Shown: positions 40,127 through 50,968, counted from the stretch's first letter. The stretch is DNA of 64,000 nt from Gammaproteobacteria bacterium (GCA_965238175.1 CBDEGZ010000003.1:2176001-2240000), one strand, 5' to 3'. Made by a program: numbers and translations. The notes: a model not told the origin generated them from the sequence alone.

Positions 40127-41155
40127 ATGGATTATTCTGATAGTTTTGACCAAGCACATGAGTTCTTACGAACCGCTCTACCTCTGATTAATAAACATAA
40201 AGTTACTCCTGACCCGATAAATTATGCAGTTTGGTACGCATATTCTGGTGGCCACAATTCCAAATTAACAGAAGCAATTGATAGAATCATTAAATCAGAA
40301 GCCGTTGTTACAAATGAAATTTGTCGAGAGTTATATAATAGCTACATTCAAAACCATGATTTAGTCTCTGCCCAAGTACATGAAAGTGTGAATAAAGTAA
40401 TGAATGCGCTTTCTGTTCAACTATCTGAATCATCTAATAAAACTGAACACTTTGGACAAGTTTTAGATTCTGTCGATAAAGAATTAGGTGAATCTAATCT
40501 TGGTGAAAGCCTGCAAAGCATGGTTGAAAACCTTTCTACAGAAACAAGAATAATACGAAACGTGAATAATGATCTTACTGAAGAATTAATTAACTCTTCA
40601 AATGAACTAGAACAATTAAAGCAAGATCTTGATGACGCTCGACGCGCTGCGAATACAGACGTACTGACAGGAATCCCTAATAGACAAGCGTTCGCAAACC
40701 AAATGGAATTATTGATCAATGAGCAGCGTCCGTTTTGTTTACTGTTAACAGATATAGATTTCTTCAAAAATTTCAATGATACCTACGGCCATATACTCGG
40801 TGATAAAATTCTAAGACTTGTCGCACAATCGCTACAAAAACAATTAAAAGGTCAGGATATGGTCGCTCGCTTTGGTGGAGAAGAGTTTGCAGTCATCCTA
40901 CCAGAGACTCCTTTTTCTGGTGCGCTAGTCGTAGCAGAAAATCTCAGAAAAACCATCCAAAATCAAAGGTTACGACGAACTGATAATAAAGATTATATCA
41001 GTAGTATCACTCTCACTATTGGTGTAAGTATGTATCGGCCTGGCGAAAATATTGAAGATATTATTGAGCGAGCAGACGTCGCACTTTATCAAGGGAAAAG
41101 TGATGGTAGAAATTGTGTTGTTCCTGAATTGCCAGAATTAGTGCCTACTGCTTAA
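40127..41155 (+). CDS. Cytoplasmic diguanylate cyclase
   Basis: P.NYAVWY N-terminal domain, coiled coil, D.LTG..NR, DIDFFK.FND.YGH, ARFGGEEF. Confidence 0.93.
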   Translation: MDYSDSFDQAHEFLRTALPLINKHKVTPDPINYAVWYAYSGGHNSKLTEAIDRIIKSEAVVTNEICRELYNSYIQNHDLVSAQVHESVNKVMNALSVQLSESSNKTEHFGQVLDSVDKELGESNLGESLQSMVENLSTETRIIRNVNNDLTEELINSSNELEQLKQDLDDARRAANTDVLTGIPNRQAFANQMELLINEQRPFCLLLTDIDFFKNFNDTYGHILGDKILRLVAQSLQKQLKGQDMVARFGGEEFAVILPETPFSGALVVAENLRKTIQNQRLRRTDNKDYISSITLTIGVSMYRPGENIEDIIERADVALYQGKSDGRNCVVPELPELVPTA

Positions 41156-41200
41156 AACAACAAGTATCAATACGCTTTTTTCTTAAGCTTTAATAAATAA

Positions 41201-41225
41201 AAAAGGGCCGCGATGCGACCCTTTT
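41201..41225. terminator. Bidirectional terminator
   Basis: AAAAGGG-CCGC-gat-GCGA-CCCTTTT between convergent genes. Confidence 0.65.
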
Positions 41226-41252
41226 GTTTATCTATTAGAAAATACTTCTCTA

Positions 41253-42845
41253 CTAATGAGTAGGATTCACCCCTAGAGCTTTAACAGTCTCAATAGTCAG
41301 GAAACGGGTCGGTGTTAAACCTTTCGTTCTCTGATATTTCTGAACAGCATTAATCGTTTGAGTACCTACAATACCATCAATTGGACCATAATAACTACCA
41401 TTTGATTTCAAAGCAGTTTGAATTTCCTGTACTTTCGCAGTCGTCATATTAGCTTGGCAAAGAACGGGTTTCCATTCCATATGGCCTTCACTAACTCTCT
41501 CTGTTTTTGTAACTTTTCCATATTGAGCAGGTATTACAGTACGACGCTCTTGTGGTGACGTTACAAGTTTACGGATAGAAACTGTTTTATACTCAGCAGG
41601 GATCTCAACAGTTCGTGTAGACGCTGGTGTTTTGACCACTTTTCTAGTAACTGTTTTGTACACAGCAGGCTTCTCTGTTAGACATAGCGCATTACCTGTC
41701 GCGTGGCCAGCAGATTTTGCACCTGCTGAACCGGCCAAATGCCAACTCGTAACTGGATCAGAACTTTTTACAGTTTTAGTAATCGTTTGATACGTTTCAG
41801 GTATAGCTATTACTCGCTCCTGTGCAGGTGTAGCCAACTTGCGAATCTTCTGAACTTTATATTGCGCTGGCGTACTCACAGTTTTTGTAGTCGCAGGTGT
41901 TTTCAACACACGCTTAGTGATCGTTTTGTATTGAGCAGGGATCTCAATCAAACACATAATTTCACCAGTGGATTGATCAATACGATCTACAGATCCGGCA
42001 ACACGGTTAGGAATGTTACCTGTCTGACAAGCACCTCCCGAGCATTCTGAGACTTTCCAGGTTGTATAAGCAGGCTTCACTAATACTTTTTCTGTAATAG
42101 TTTCATAAGTTTCAGGTATGGTGACCAATTTTTGAGAAGCATCACTGACCAGCATTCTTTCTTCTGCAGTCTCATATGTTGCTGGAATAACTTCAATCCT
42201 TTGTGAAGCTTCAGACTTAAGCATTCTTTCAGTTACGTTACTGTATTTTGCTGGTTGAATATATTCTGCGTAGCATTGACCAGGTTGAACACTGTTAGAC
42301 ATACCCAATGAACGTGCATAATTTAAGTAGGCATCAGCCGGGTGTGCCGTTTTAGAGTCTCTTGCTGAAGCAACACCATTACGGCCATAATGCCAGTGAT
42401 GTTCAGCATTTTTTACTAAAATCTTCTCAGAAGCGGTTCCATAGGTAGCTGGAACGACAACTAATTTTTGAGAGGCTTCTTTAGCTAAAATTCTTTCTGT
42501 GACAGTTTCGTACTTGGCAGGTATGATTTCTAAACTTTCTCCTGCAGGTTTTGTTTCAACTGTCTCTGTTGAATTTTGAAACTTTGGTGGAACCCAAATA
42601 CGTGCGTAGCATTGACCTGGTGTTGCATTAGGTGGCAACAGATCAGCATTCATAGCGGCCCCAGCAGCAATAGGTGCTGCAGCAACAGCTGTACCAGTTG
42701 CAAGACCAATGCTTGTCGCAATAGGTGCTTGAACGTTTATAAGTTGTGATGAAACTTCATCAGCATGAGCAACACTTGTTCCCAGCGCATATAACCCCAG
42801 CGCACTGAAAGCAACAATATTTTTATTACGAGGTTTAATAGACAT
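41253..42845 (-). CDS. Exported repeat protein with C-terminal peptidoglycan-binding domain
   Basis: Signal peptide, many (I/V)PA.Y.TV repeats, PGQCYA twice, C-terminal IQTAL...GYYGPIDGIVG..T..AV..YQ; RBS AGGAGGGAGG. Confidence 0.8.
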   Translation of the reverse strand: MSIKPRNKNIVAFSALGLYALGTSVAHADEVSSQLINVQAPIATSIGLATGTAVAAAPIAAGAAMNADLLPPNATPGQCYARIWVPPKFQNSTETVETKPAGESLEIIPAKYETVTERILAKEASQKLVVVPATYGTASEKILVKNAEHHWHYGRNGVASARDSKTAHPADAYLNYARSLGMSNSVQPGQCYAEYIQPAKYSNVTERMLKSEASQRIEVIPATYETAEERMLVSDASQKLVTIPETYETITEKVLVKPAYTTWKVSECSGGACQTGNIPNRVAGSVDRIDQSTGEIMCLIEIPAQYKTITKRVLKTPATTKTVSTPAQYKVQKIRKLATPAQERVIAIPETYQTITKTVKSSDPVTSWHLAGSAGAKSAGHATGNALCLTEKPAVYKTVTRKVVKTPASTRTVEIPAEYKTVSIRKLVTSPQERRTVIPAQYGKVTKTERVSEGHMEWKPVLCQANMTTAKVQEIQTALKSNGSYYGPIDGIVGTQTINAVQKYQRTKGLTPTRFLTIETVKALGVNPTH

Positions 42846-43264
42846 TAATACCTCCCTCCTTTCTATAGTAAGTTTGATTATCAAAAAAAAAATTATAGTC
42901 GCCTTCTTTAAAGTAGTACTTTTAGGTGACTCACAGCCAACTATACTTCATGACCTGCTTACAATTGTAGATTAATGTAAAATTAATTCAACCATAATCT
43001 TAATACCACTCATATATAACTGTTATTTAAGATTTTTTAATAGATTTTTAAATTATGTTATTACTTAATATTTTACTTTAATAAGAGTCTGTAACTATTT
43101 TAATTTATGAGTTTAATTAACATTTATTTGCATAACTACACCTCTTTATATTTTTTTGATTCATAATAACAATAATATATATTGTAATACTGAAAGCTAA
43201 TAACTTTCTATTATGTTTAATAACTAAAAGTATCAACTTACATTATTTAATAATGTTCAGTTTA

Positions 43265-43957
43265 TCAATAATACTGTGGGGATTCGTATGCATCCTGCTC
43301 TTGTCCTTCAACAATTGGTTTAACAAAGATCTCCACTCGTCGATTTAACTGCCGGCCTGCATCAGTCTCATTTGTATCACGCGGCTCAAGTTCCCCACGC
43401 CCTTCCGTTTGCAATCGTCTATAAGGAACCCCATGCCCTGTGAGATAACTACCCACCGATTGTGCACGTCTTTCTGAAAGCGCTTGATTATAAGTTTTTG
43501 ATCCAACGCTATCGGTATGTCCAATAACATGCACAACGGTTCTATCGTATTTCTGCAGTACTTCAGCCAACTTGTCTAGCGTAGGAAAAAAAGCCGGTTT
43601 TAAACTATCTTTTCCGAAATCAAACGAAACTTCATTATTAACACTTAATTTCAGAGTATCGTCTTTTAAACGCTCAATTTCAATATCATTCTGTCGCTGT
43701 TCATTAGCTAATTCAGCTTCAAACTCAGCCTGTTGTTTATCCATATAATGGCCAACAGCACCACCAGCAAGTGTACCCACTGCAGCACCAACCAACGTTC
43801 CTTTAGTATCATCACCAACAATTTGTCCAACAACAGCACCTACAGCAGCACCTACAGCAGCACCCGTTTTTGCACGTCGGTTTGGATCGTCCGTAGTAGC
43901 GCATGCTGAGATAGCTAGTGCTATTGTCGATGCCACAATCAAGCTTACCTTTTTCAT
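43265..43957 (-). CDS. OmpA-family lipoprotein with glycine zipper (YiaD-like)
   Basis: Lipobox ISAC, GAAVGAAVG repeats, YMDKQ, GHTDS.G..YNQ.LSERRA, NRRVEI. Confidence 0.92.
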   Translation of the reverse strand: MKKVSLIVASTIALAISACATTDDPNRRAKTGAAVGAAVGAVVGQIVGDDTKGTLVGAAVGTLAGGAVGHYMDKQQAEFEAELANEQRQNDIEIERLKDDTLKLSVNNEVSFDFGKDSLKPAFFPTLDKLAEVLQKYDRTVVHVIGHTDSVGSKTYNQALSERRAQSVGSYLTGHGVPYRRLQTEGRGELEPRDTNETDAGRQLNRRVEIFVKPIVEGQEQDAYESPQYY

Positions 43958-44076
43958 AAGAAACTCCTTTGTTTAATATCATTTAGCGTTGACAGGAATC
44001 TATCGTTTGTAGATTAAACGAAACCTGAATAACCTTCATTAGAAGTATATAGCCAGTTTAAGCTAAATGAGTTAGT

Positions 44077-45228
44077 TTATTTTGAGACTATATCTAGTCG
44101 TTTTTCTAGAACCGATACACTCAGTTCACCATTAAGAAAAGCATTTAACTCGTCACCAATCATTCGCTTACGCCAACTACTAGTCACTATTGAGACGTCA
44201 TTTTTTAGAAGACGTTCAATCTCTTTCCTTGGTGCAAGCGATGAAGGACTTAGATCATTTTCTACAGCTCTTATTCGTACTATCGACATCATCACATCCA
44301 CTAAAGCTTCTTGTTCAGGCTTTAACGACTTATTTCGTTTTTTGACGTCTAAAGGTTGTGGGTCAGCATTTTGTGCTTCGTCAATTATCCGGATTAGCTC
44401 TGTACTGTATTTCCTGGCCACTCTTTCGTGGATCCCCTTAATAGAAAATACTGCATTCTTGTTATCGGGTAATTGATGAGACAAATCAATTATGGCATCG
44501 TCTCGCAATAACCAGGTACGCGGTCTATTTTCATTTCTCGCCGTTTCTTCCCGCCATTTAGCTAAAGCTTGTAAAACAGATAACTTTTTCCCTTTTAGTC
44601 TATTTGCACTACGGATTTTTTTCCAAACCTGATCCGTCTTTGGTTCATAAACCTCCGGATCTGTCATTTCCTGGAAATCTTTTTCCAACCAGTCTAGCCG
44701 ATCAAGTTCTATGAGCTGTTCAACCATTTTTTCGTATATTTGACCAAGGTAAATCACATCATCAATTGCATAACGTAACTGCCCTTCATTTAAAGGTCGA
44801 CGTTTCCAATCAGTACGAGTATGCGATTTACTCAATTCAACACCTATCATCGCATTAACCAAATTCGCATAACCAGTTTGTTCTGGAAAACCAAGTAAAG
44901 GCGCTGCAACCTGCGTATCAAAGAGCGGTGCAGGAATTGATCTCCTAAGGTTGAAAAATATTTCGAGATCTTGTCGGGCAGAATGAAATACTTTTGTTAT
45001 TGAGGTGTCATAAAATAGATCCATGATCGGAGTTAAATCTTCTATCGAAAGCGGATCTATAATCGCCGCATTCACCCCATCTGTTACTTGCAATAAACAC
45101 AGCTCTGAGTAGTAGGTTTTTTCTCGTTCAAATTCAGTATCAATAGCTAACCATTTAGCGCTATTTATTTTGTCACAATAGTCAAGCAATGCTGTTTGGG
45201 TTGTTATTACAATAAAATTTTCTGACAT
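44077..45228 (-). CDS. rnd: Ribonuclease D
   Basis: AIDTEF.RE.TYY, VFHSARQDLE, FDTQVAA, TDW.RRPL, YA.DDV, HRDC domain. Confidence 0.95.
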   Translation of the reverse strand: MSENFIVITTQTALLDYCDKINSAKWLAIDTEFEREKTYYSELCLLQVTDGVNAAIIDPLSIEDLTPIMDLFYDTSITKVFHSARQDLEIFFNLRRSIPAPLFDTQVAAPLLGFPEQTGYANLVNAMIGVELSKSHTRTDWKRRPLNEGQLRYAIDDVIYLGQIYEKMVEQLIELDRLDWLEKDFQEMTDPEVYEPKTDQVWKKIRSANRLKGKKLSVLQALAKWREETARNENRPRTWLLRDDAIIDLSHQLPDNKNAVFSIKGIHERVARKYSTELIRIIDEAQNADPQPLDVKKRNKSLKPEQEALVDVMMSIVRIRAVENDLSPSSLAPRKEIERLLKNDVSIVTSSWRKRMIGDELNAFLNGELSVSVLEKRLDIVSK

Positions 45229-45390
45229 TCTTTATATTCCAGTTACTTATTTTCCATTTATTTTAAGGAAGACTTAATGGCAGGAACATATTTGTATAGT
45301 TAAGACAGTATTGTCTACAAAGTAGCTTAAGTCTTACAAAAACATTTTCCATTAGCGGCAATCAGAGCATTGTATTTATTAATCGATTGT

Positions 45391-46281
45391 CTATTTCCGG
45401 CGATTGTTCCATACAGATTTTGAAGGTGAAGGACTAGATCTACCTTGCCTTACTCGGTTCTGATTTTTTGCTTTGTTTCGGCCTGCACTTTTGGATACAT
45501 CCAAAGACTCGGTTTTGAAATTCCTGATTCCAGCTAACTCAGCTAATGATTTAGCTTCGGCAGCTTCAATATCCCAGAATTTCCCAAGCCTGATATTACG
45601 CGGTAACAAAATTGTTCCGTATCGAACCCGCGTTAGTCGACTTACCTGTACACCTTGAGATTCCCACAATCGTCTAACCTCACGGTTACGACCTTCACGC
45701 AGAATTACATGGTACCAATGATTCGCACCTTCCCCTTCGCCGGCTTTTTCTATCTTATAAAAGCTGGCAACCCCATCTTCCAATTCAACGCCCGCCTTTA
45801 GTCGTTGAAGCATAGAGTCATCAATTTTACCAAGTACTCGTACAGCATATTCCCTTTCAATTTCTCTGGCGGGATGCATTAGCTGATTAGCTAATTCACC
45901 ATCCGTGGTAAATAAGATTAGACCAGAAGTGTTGAGATCCAGACGCCCAACAGCAACCCAACGCCCATTATGTAGTTTGGGCAGATTTTCAAAAACAGTC
46001 TTTCGCCCTTCCGGATCGCTACGACTACAAATCTCTCCTACAGGCTTGTGATAACCAATGATACGAATACTCTTTTGATAGAGGCGTGAATTCTGGATTA
46101 CATGTCCATCAACACGTATCATATCCTCCTCCATGACCGACTCACCAAGAGTAGCAACCTTACCATTGATGCTGGCACGCCCTTCTTTGATCAATTCTTC
46201 CATTTTACGGCGAGATCCAAGTCCTGCGCGTGCTAGTACTTTGTGCAGTCGTTCCTTATTGTTACCCATTATTTGAGTCAT
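45391..46281 (-). CDS. rluB: 23S rRNA pseudouridine synthase B
   Basis: S4 domain ERLHKVLARAGLGSRR, VGRLDLNTSGL, EGRNREVRRLWESQG. Confidence 0.9.
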   Translation of the reverse strand: MTQIMGNNKERLHKVLARAGLGSRRKMEELIKEGRASINGKVATLGESVMEEDMIRVDGHVIQNSRLYQKSIRIIGYHKPVGEICSRSDPEGRKTVFENLPKLHNGRWVAVGRLDLNTSGLILFTTDGELANQLMHPAREIEREYAVRVLGKIDDSMLQRLKAGVELEDGVASFYKIEKAGEGEGANHWYHVILREGRNREVRRLWESQGVQVSRLTRVRYGTILLPRNIRLGKFWDIEAAEAKSLAELAGIRNFKTESLDVSKSAGRNKAKNQNRVRQGRSSPSPSKSVWNNRRK

Positions 46282-46433
46282 TATTTTGGACCACTAGATT
46301 AAACCTGTAGTTTGATCAGGTAAAAACCGAGCATACTCCCACAATAACATTAAAATAAATAGTGATGAGAAAATTAGTTGAGGAAACTGCTTCGAATTGA
46401 ACCGACAAATGATGGGTTAAGGAAATTGAAGAT

Positions 46434-47297
46434 CTAGAACAGATCCACATCGTGCTCCAACGGTAATACCTCAGTAAGTCCATAACTTTCTACTAGACTC
46501 TCTAACTTTGCAGATATTCCGGTAAATAAAATTTCTTTTTTATGCTTCGATGAAAATCCATTAATTAACATCATCAAAGCAACAACATTGGACGGTAACA
46601 TATCACTCATCGCCTCTAAATTAAATTGCACATACTCAACGGATGTTGATAATAATGCCATTTCGATTTTCTCGACATAATCATCTATCGTATCACTGGT
46701 AGCCGAAAGTACGCGATCATTTCCTAGCTCAATTTTTAATCCTTGCCCTATTTCTGAGACACCAAGAAACAAACGAGTCTCATTTAAACTCTCGATTTCT
46801 TTATTACGAAAACTAGCCAGTGACTGTTCTACCTGGAATTTGATATTTACATCATCAGGGTGTAAGTTAATTATCTGACGATAAAAATCAGCCACCGTCC
46901 AAGGCGTCACCAACATACCCAGCTTCAGCGTCCCTTTGGAAGCCTTTACTGGCTTCATAATACTAATAACTGTGTCTCGATTATTATCATCACAGACTAC
47001 GAGCACCTTAGATTGTCTAGTTTTGAACACACTCATTTGAACAATCTGGTCGAGAAAGTCTGCGCTGCTCATTCCCTGCAAATGGTTATCAATAACAATT
47101 AAAGACGGATCATTTTGAACATATCTTTTCAGGATCTCAACACTATCTCCAGCTTGAACAATATCTAAACCGAGCGTTTTTAACAGCTCATAAATTCTGT
47201 CGAAACCGTTTGTTGAACTAGCGAATATCACTGCTGCCGAGTTCGCGTCTGAAGGAAATGGATTAACCTTCTCATCATTAACAATTGCACTATTCAT
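46434..47297 (-). CDS. Hypothetical protein, receiver-like N-terminus and STAS-like C-terminus
   Basis: P.LIVID..L.GMS..DFL receiver-like fold; C-terminal pattern resembling anti-sigma-factor antagonists. Confidence 0.55.
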   Translation of the reverse strand: MNSAIVNDEKVNPFPSDANSAAVIFASSTNGFDRIYELLKTLGLDIVQAGDSVEILKRYVQNDPSLIVIDNHLQGMSSADFLDQIVQMSVFKTRQSKVLVVCDDNNRDTVISIMKPVKASKGTLKLGMLVTPWTVADFYRQIINLHPDDVNIKFQVEQSLASFRNKEIESLNETRLFLGVSEIGQGLKIELGNDRVLSATSDTIDDYVEKIEMALLSTSVEYVQFNLEAMSDMLPSNVVALMMLINGFSSKHKKEILFTGISAKLESLVESYGLTEVLPLEHDVDLF

Positions 47298-47413
47298 AGT
47301 TTTCTATCTATTACTAATTAAATTGAGTAATGTCTGACATTCTCCAATGTTTTTGGATATCCTATCTCATGGCTAGCGACACAATATCAAATTACTTTAT
47401 GGTAAAAACCTCA

Positions 47414-48598
47414 CTATTGGTTACTTTCTTTTTTAACAAAAACACGATGCCAGTCCATCTTTGCAGTTAACATCATTAGAACTGCTAACGTTAAGATTGA
47501 TCCCACCGTAACAGTTAACCCAGTCATTCCTTTGATAAAAAACGAATATGAAAAGAGGATCAGGTAAAAAATTTGTCCTATAGCCGCAATTCTCCAAGGA
47601 AAGGTTATTCCTAATGCTGACCGCAAATACAGAATAACCAATCCGACAGACACAATTGATGAAATCAAAAACGCCACATGGACATTAATCACATCAACCA
47701 TGTAAGCGAACGATAAATGGAAGGCAAAAAATCCAGCTGTCACAAAAAGATAGTGCATAGGATGAACATTGATCTTTTTAATCACACTTAACGCGCTTAT
47801 TAAAACAAAGAAAAACAATAAACAAACCGGGGCAAAGAAACTCATCCTTGCTGACAATGGTCCGGGATTTATCTTTTCAGGCATTAATATTGCTACATTT
47901 TGCTTAGTGATAAAATCTTTTGCAACCCACTGCAATGTTGTGAGATTGTCTTTCGTGTCAACCAACATCGGCGATAAGCTTCCATTTTGATAATCCACCT
48001 CTTCAAAATTAGTTGATACCAATAAATCCAGATTTTTTACTCTCCCGTCATTCGATAAAGAATACTGCCATGCTCGCAATCCTCGGGTTTGATATCGAAT
48101 GGCAAAAGAACGCATTTGATCAGGTGCTAATTCGATCAAGTAGTTAACACCTTCACTCGTTTTTAAATCTAAACTTTGACTTTCACCATCAACCATAAAA
48201 TCAAAATGATCATATGTTGCAGATTCCGACGGCAAAGTAAAATGTAATCTGACACTCTGACTAACCGCATCGGTGTTTTTAATGGTATAGACACCATCAA
48301 ATTTAACTTTATAGGTTGGGTACCAGATCAAGCCTTTTTTGCGCTGCTCTAGTTGCAGATCAACCTTAACCAGATTACTTTCCGGCATTAATACGCGATC
48401 ACGTTTTGACCCTGGTACCTTTACCGACAAATAAGGAGCTTGTTGCGCAAGACTAGAACCCCATAATTGTTCGACTTCATAATCGAGAGAGCTATAGAAA
48501 TTCTTTGCCCGAAACTCGCTGGTCGTTCCCAAGGTTACCCAGCCTGCAACACCGAGCAAGAAGATCAGGATCACAGAAAATATTTGTTTTATTGTCAT
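47414..48598 (-). CDS. CreD-like inner membrane protein
   Basis: N-terminal TM, periplasmic domain, about 6 C-terminal TMs with HPMHYLF and FFAFHL. Confidence 0.65.
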   Translation of the reverse strand: MTIKQIFSVILIFLLGVAGWVTLGTTSEFRAKNFYSSLDYEVEQLWGSSLAQQAPYLSVKVPGSKRDRVLMPESNLVKVDLQLEQRKKGLIWYPTYKVKFDGVYTIKNTDAVSQSVRLHFTLPSESATYDHFDFMVDGESQSLDLKTSEGVNYLIELAPDQMRSFAIRYQTRGLRAWQYSLSNDGRVKNLDLLVSTNFEEVDYQNGSLSPMLVDTKDNLTTLQWVAKDFITKQNVAILMPEKINPGPLSARMSFFAPVCLLFFFVLISALSVIKKINVHPMHYLFVTAGFFAFHLSFAYMVDVINVHVAFLISSIVSVGLVILYLRSALGITFPWRIAAIGQIFYLILFSYSFFIKGMTGLTVTVGSILTLAVLMMLTAKMDWHRVFVKKESNQ

Positions 48599-50274
48599 TA
48601 TCCCTTCTCCCCTAAAAGTTTATCTCCTACACGTTTATCCAAGGGCTCTTTATAAAAGATCGCCGCTTGCAACGCATTACCACGATAAAATGGATATTGG
48701 AATAAATAAGGTTTCCCTGCAGAAAAACTTTGTACAATAGGACATTGTGCGTATTCGTCAGGTGTCAATTCCCCTTCAACAGCCACCAATTCGATACGTG
48801 ATGTTAAACCAACACTGACAATGACTTTTTGCGCGGCCAAGCCAGTTTCTGGAATTGTGATTGGTAGCTTTCCTTCTAAGCCTAATTTTTTATGCTTCTG
48901 GCTATAAGTTAACTCAATGACTGAACTACCCTGTTCTGCAAGTGGAATAACCCAAACAGGAACCTGCTGATCAGTTTTTTGTGTAAAAATATCCTGTTTT
49001 TTCCCATTGACTAATAATGACCAAACCTCCGTTCCTGGAATCGAGTTTAGTAACAAACGATCACCCGAGTTTTCTGGTAGTTCTACTCTGATAACCGAAA
49101 TCTCATTACCATTATCAGCAAAGCTGGTATAAAAAAACAATTCATCTAAAACAATTTGTGGAGATTCAACAGTTTCGAATCGCTTAAGTTTTAGATCAAA
49201 ACTTTCTGCCTTATTATAGGTACCCGTAATATTATTTTTTTGTCTCAACTTTACCGGTAGTCGACTATAAGAGATATTTTGAGTAAGTGATTTTCCGCTC
49301 ACACCTATTTGTGCTGCAATCGGTTCAATAATCTGGAACCCATTTTCCAGACCAATATTATTTTTGATGGTGGGTAATTTAAGATTTACTAAACTTTGTT
49401 TAGTATCGACTTCAAATCTAACCTCAAATGTATTACTTTCACCCTGCTCAGTATCAATCAGTAAATTACTCGTATCAGTAGAACCACCTTCTAAAAACTT
49501 TGCATGCGACACAGGTAATGAGCTATCCAGATATCGTAGTGGCGCTTCATAGTTAAGCTCAATATCCTGTTTAGAAAATTGATCGGACACACTATAAAAA
49601 GTGAAAATATATTTATCACCGTCCAACTCAATCTGAGTGAATGTATCAACATCAACAAACTGTTGATCACGATTGTTTGAATCTGTAAAGCGTAAGTTCA
49701 TTTCATTCGCAGGTGGAAAATAATAACGTTGTAGAGATTGTTGAATTCCAGGATGGTTAATAAGCTCAACACCCGGTGGTAATTCAACATCAAGAATATT
49801 GCGTACCGCAGTAGGAATATTAAATGCTAACTCCTGTAATGCCCTGTCTTCGATCAAAGTAATTACCAAAGTTAAATTAACCTGAAAAGAATGACTTTCA
49901 TCTGTCGCATCAATATAAAAAAGATAGCCAGAATCATCACTAATAATGGCACCGCCTTGCACCTCCCTGATCTGACTAATAGCAACATTATGATCAAATA
50001 GTGATATCGGTTCAGGCTTACCTTGAAGTTGCTTACCTTTGATAGAAACATCAACCAAAGCCTCCGTTCCATTAACAGCCACTTTGTAATGTGCTTCATC
50101 AATCGACACTATCGCGACAGGTTCGATAACCTTTTTACTCTGATCAAATTGTTGCTGAATCTTTTCGGTGTAAAGTGTTTTGAATTCATCCCATGGCAAT
50201 GTCAGGCTGTTATCTGCCCGAACTACCTGTGATGCCAACATCACAGCCGTTGTTAAAACTAATCGACGCATCAT
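48598..50274 (-). CDS. Hypothetical exported protein, translationally coupled to the CreD-like gene
   Basis: Signal peptide, LTLPWDEFK.L motif; stop overlaps the next start. Confidence 0.75.
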   Translation of the reverse strand: MMRRLVLTTAVMLASQVVRADNSLTLPWDEFKTLYTEKIQQQFDQSKKVIEPVAIVSIDEAHYKVAVNGTEALVDVSIKGKQLQGKPEPISLFDHNVAISQIREVQGGAIISDDSGYLFYIDATDESHSFQVNLTLVITLIEDRALQELAFNIPTAVRNILDVELPPGVELINHPGIQQSLQRYYFPPANEMNLRFTDSNNRDQQFVDVDTFTQIELDGDKYIFTFYSVSDQFSKQDIELNYEAPLRYLDSSLPVSHAKFLEGGSTDTSNLLIDTEQGESNTFEVRFEVDTKQSLVNLKLPTIKNNIGLENGFQIIEPIAAQIGVSGKSLTQNISYSRLPVKLRQKNNITGTYNKAESFDLKLKRFETVESPQIVLDELFFYTSFADNGNEISVIRVELPENSGDRLLLNSIPGTEVWSLLVNGKKQDIFTQKTDQQVPVWVIPLAEQGSSVIELTYSQKHKKLGLEGKLPITIPETGLAAQKVIVSVGLTSRIELVAVEGELTPDEYAQCPIVQSFSAGKPYLFQYPFYRGNALQAAIFYKEPLDKRVGDKLLGEKG

Positions 50275-50320
50275 ACATACCTCTTTTATTTAAAAATAAG
50301 TAGGTACTTTAAATTACTAA

Positions 50321-50347
50321 TATGCAAATGGTATGGATCAAATATGG
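50321..50347 (-). promoter_or_regulatory. Triple 11-bp-spaced repeat CCATA-N6-CCATA-N6-GCATA (OmpR/CreB-type site)
   Basis: TATGC, TATGG and TATGG at 50321, 50332 and 50343, just upstream of a TAAAGT -10-like hexamer on the minus strand. Confidence 0.45.
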
Positions 50348-50818
50348 CCTAAAAAAGGCATTATGTCAGGAAGTGTTATTTATCGATCTAGTAAGGAGCA
50401 GCTAGCTTGATTTAGAGTCTACCTTTCTGTAGGGTTAATCAGGTGGTTTGATTATATAAAAATAATATTCTTCCAACCAACCTTTATATTTTTGCATTGA
50501 GGCAATAACAAGCAGAGTGCTTTTAAAATGAAAAAGATACGGTTTGGATAAAAAAGATATAAAATACACTCTACTAAAGTTAAGTTGTTTTTTATTCCTA
50601 TGTTACTAGGATTAATCACTTACACCTCCGCAACGCCAGCGAGTAAAGTAATGTGTTGAGCACATAAACAGCTTAACAACCGAGCAATATACTACATAAC
50701 GGTTAGCTAGGGATCTTGAGCAGCGCTATAAAAACTATAGGGCGCTATTGGATACATTTAATATGGAAAAACACCAATAGTTAATAGTACAAACCACGAT
50801 ACGAAGCTTATGGTAGCC

Positions 50819-50903
50819 TTGGCTCCCGTAACATAATCAATCAGTTAATTTCACAACCAACGAAGTTGACATCTCATGGGGAGGTAGGAAAGCAAAAGTT
50901 ACA
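50819..50903 (+). repeat. Second copy of the dispersed repeat, probably a decayed transposase C-terminus
   Basis: Aligns with 32894-32979; translates as NEVDISWGGRKAKVTI. Confidence 0.7.
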
Positions 50904-50968
50904 ATACAAAAACAGGCTGATTCCTTGATTGATATTTTTTAATATTTTGAAAGTTAACGAGACAGCAG

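Noticed and set aside
50600-50968. Integron attC sites around the AT-rich glycosyltransferase
   Set aside because: No convincing RYYYAAC...GTTRRRY pair with an internal palindrome, and no integron integrase; a decayed transposase explains the region better.
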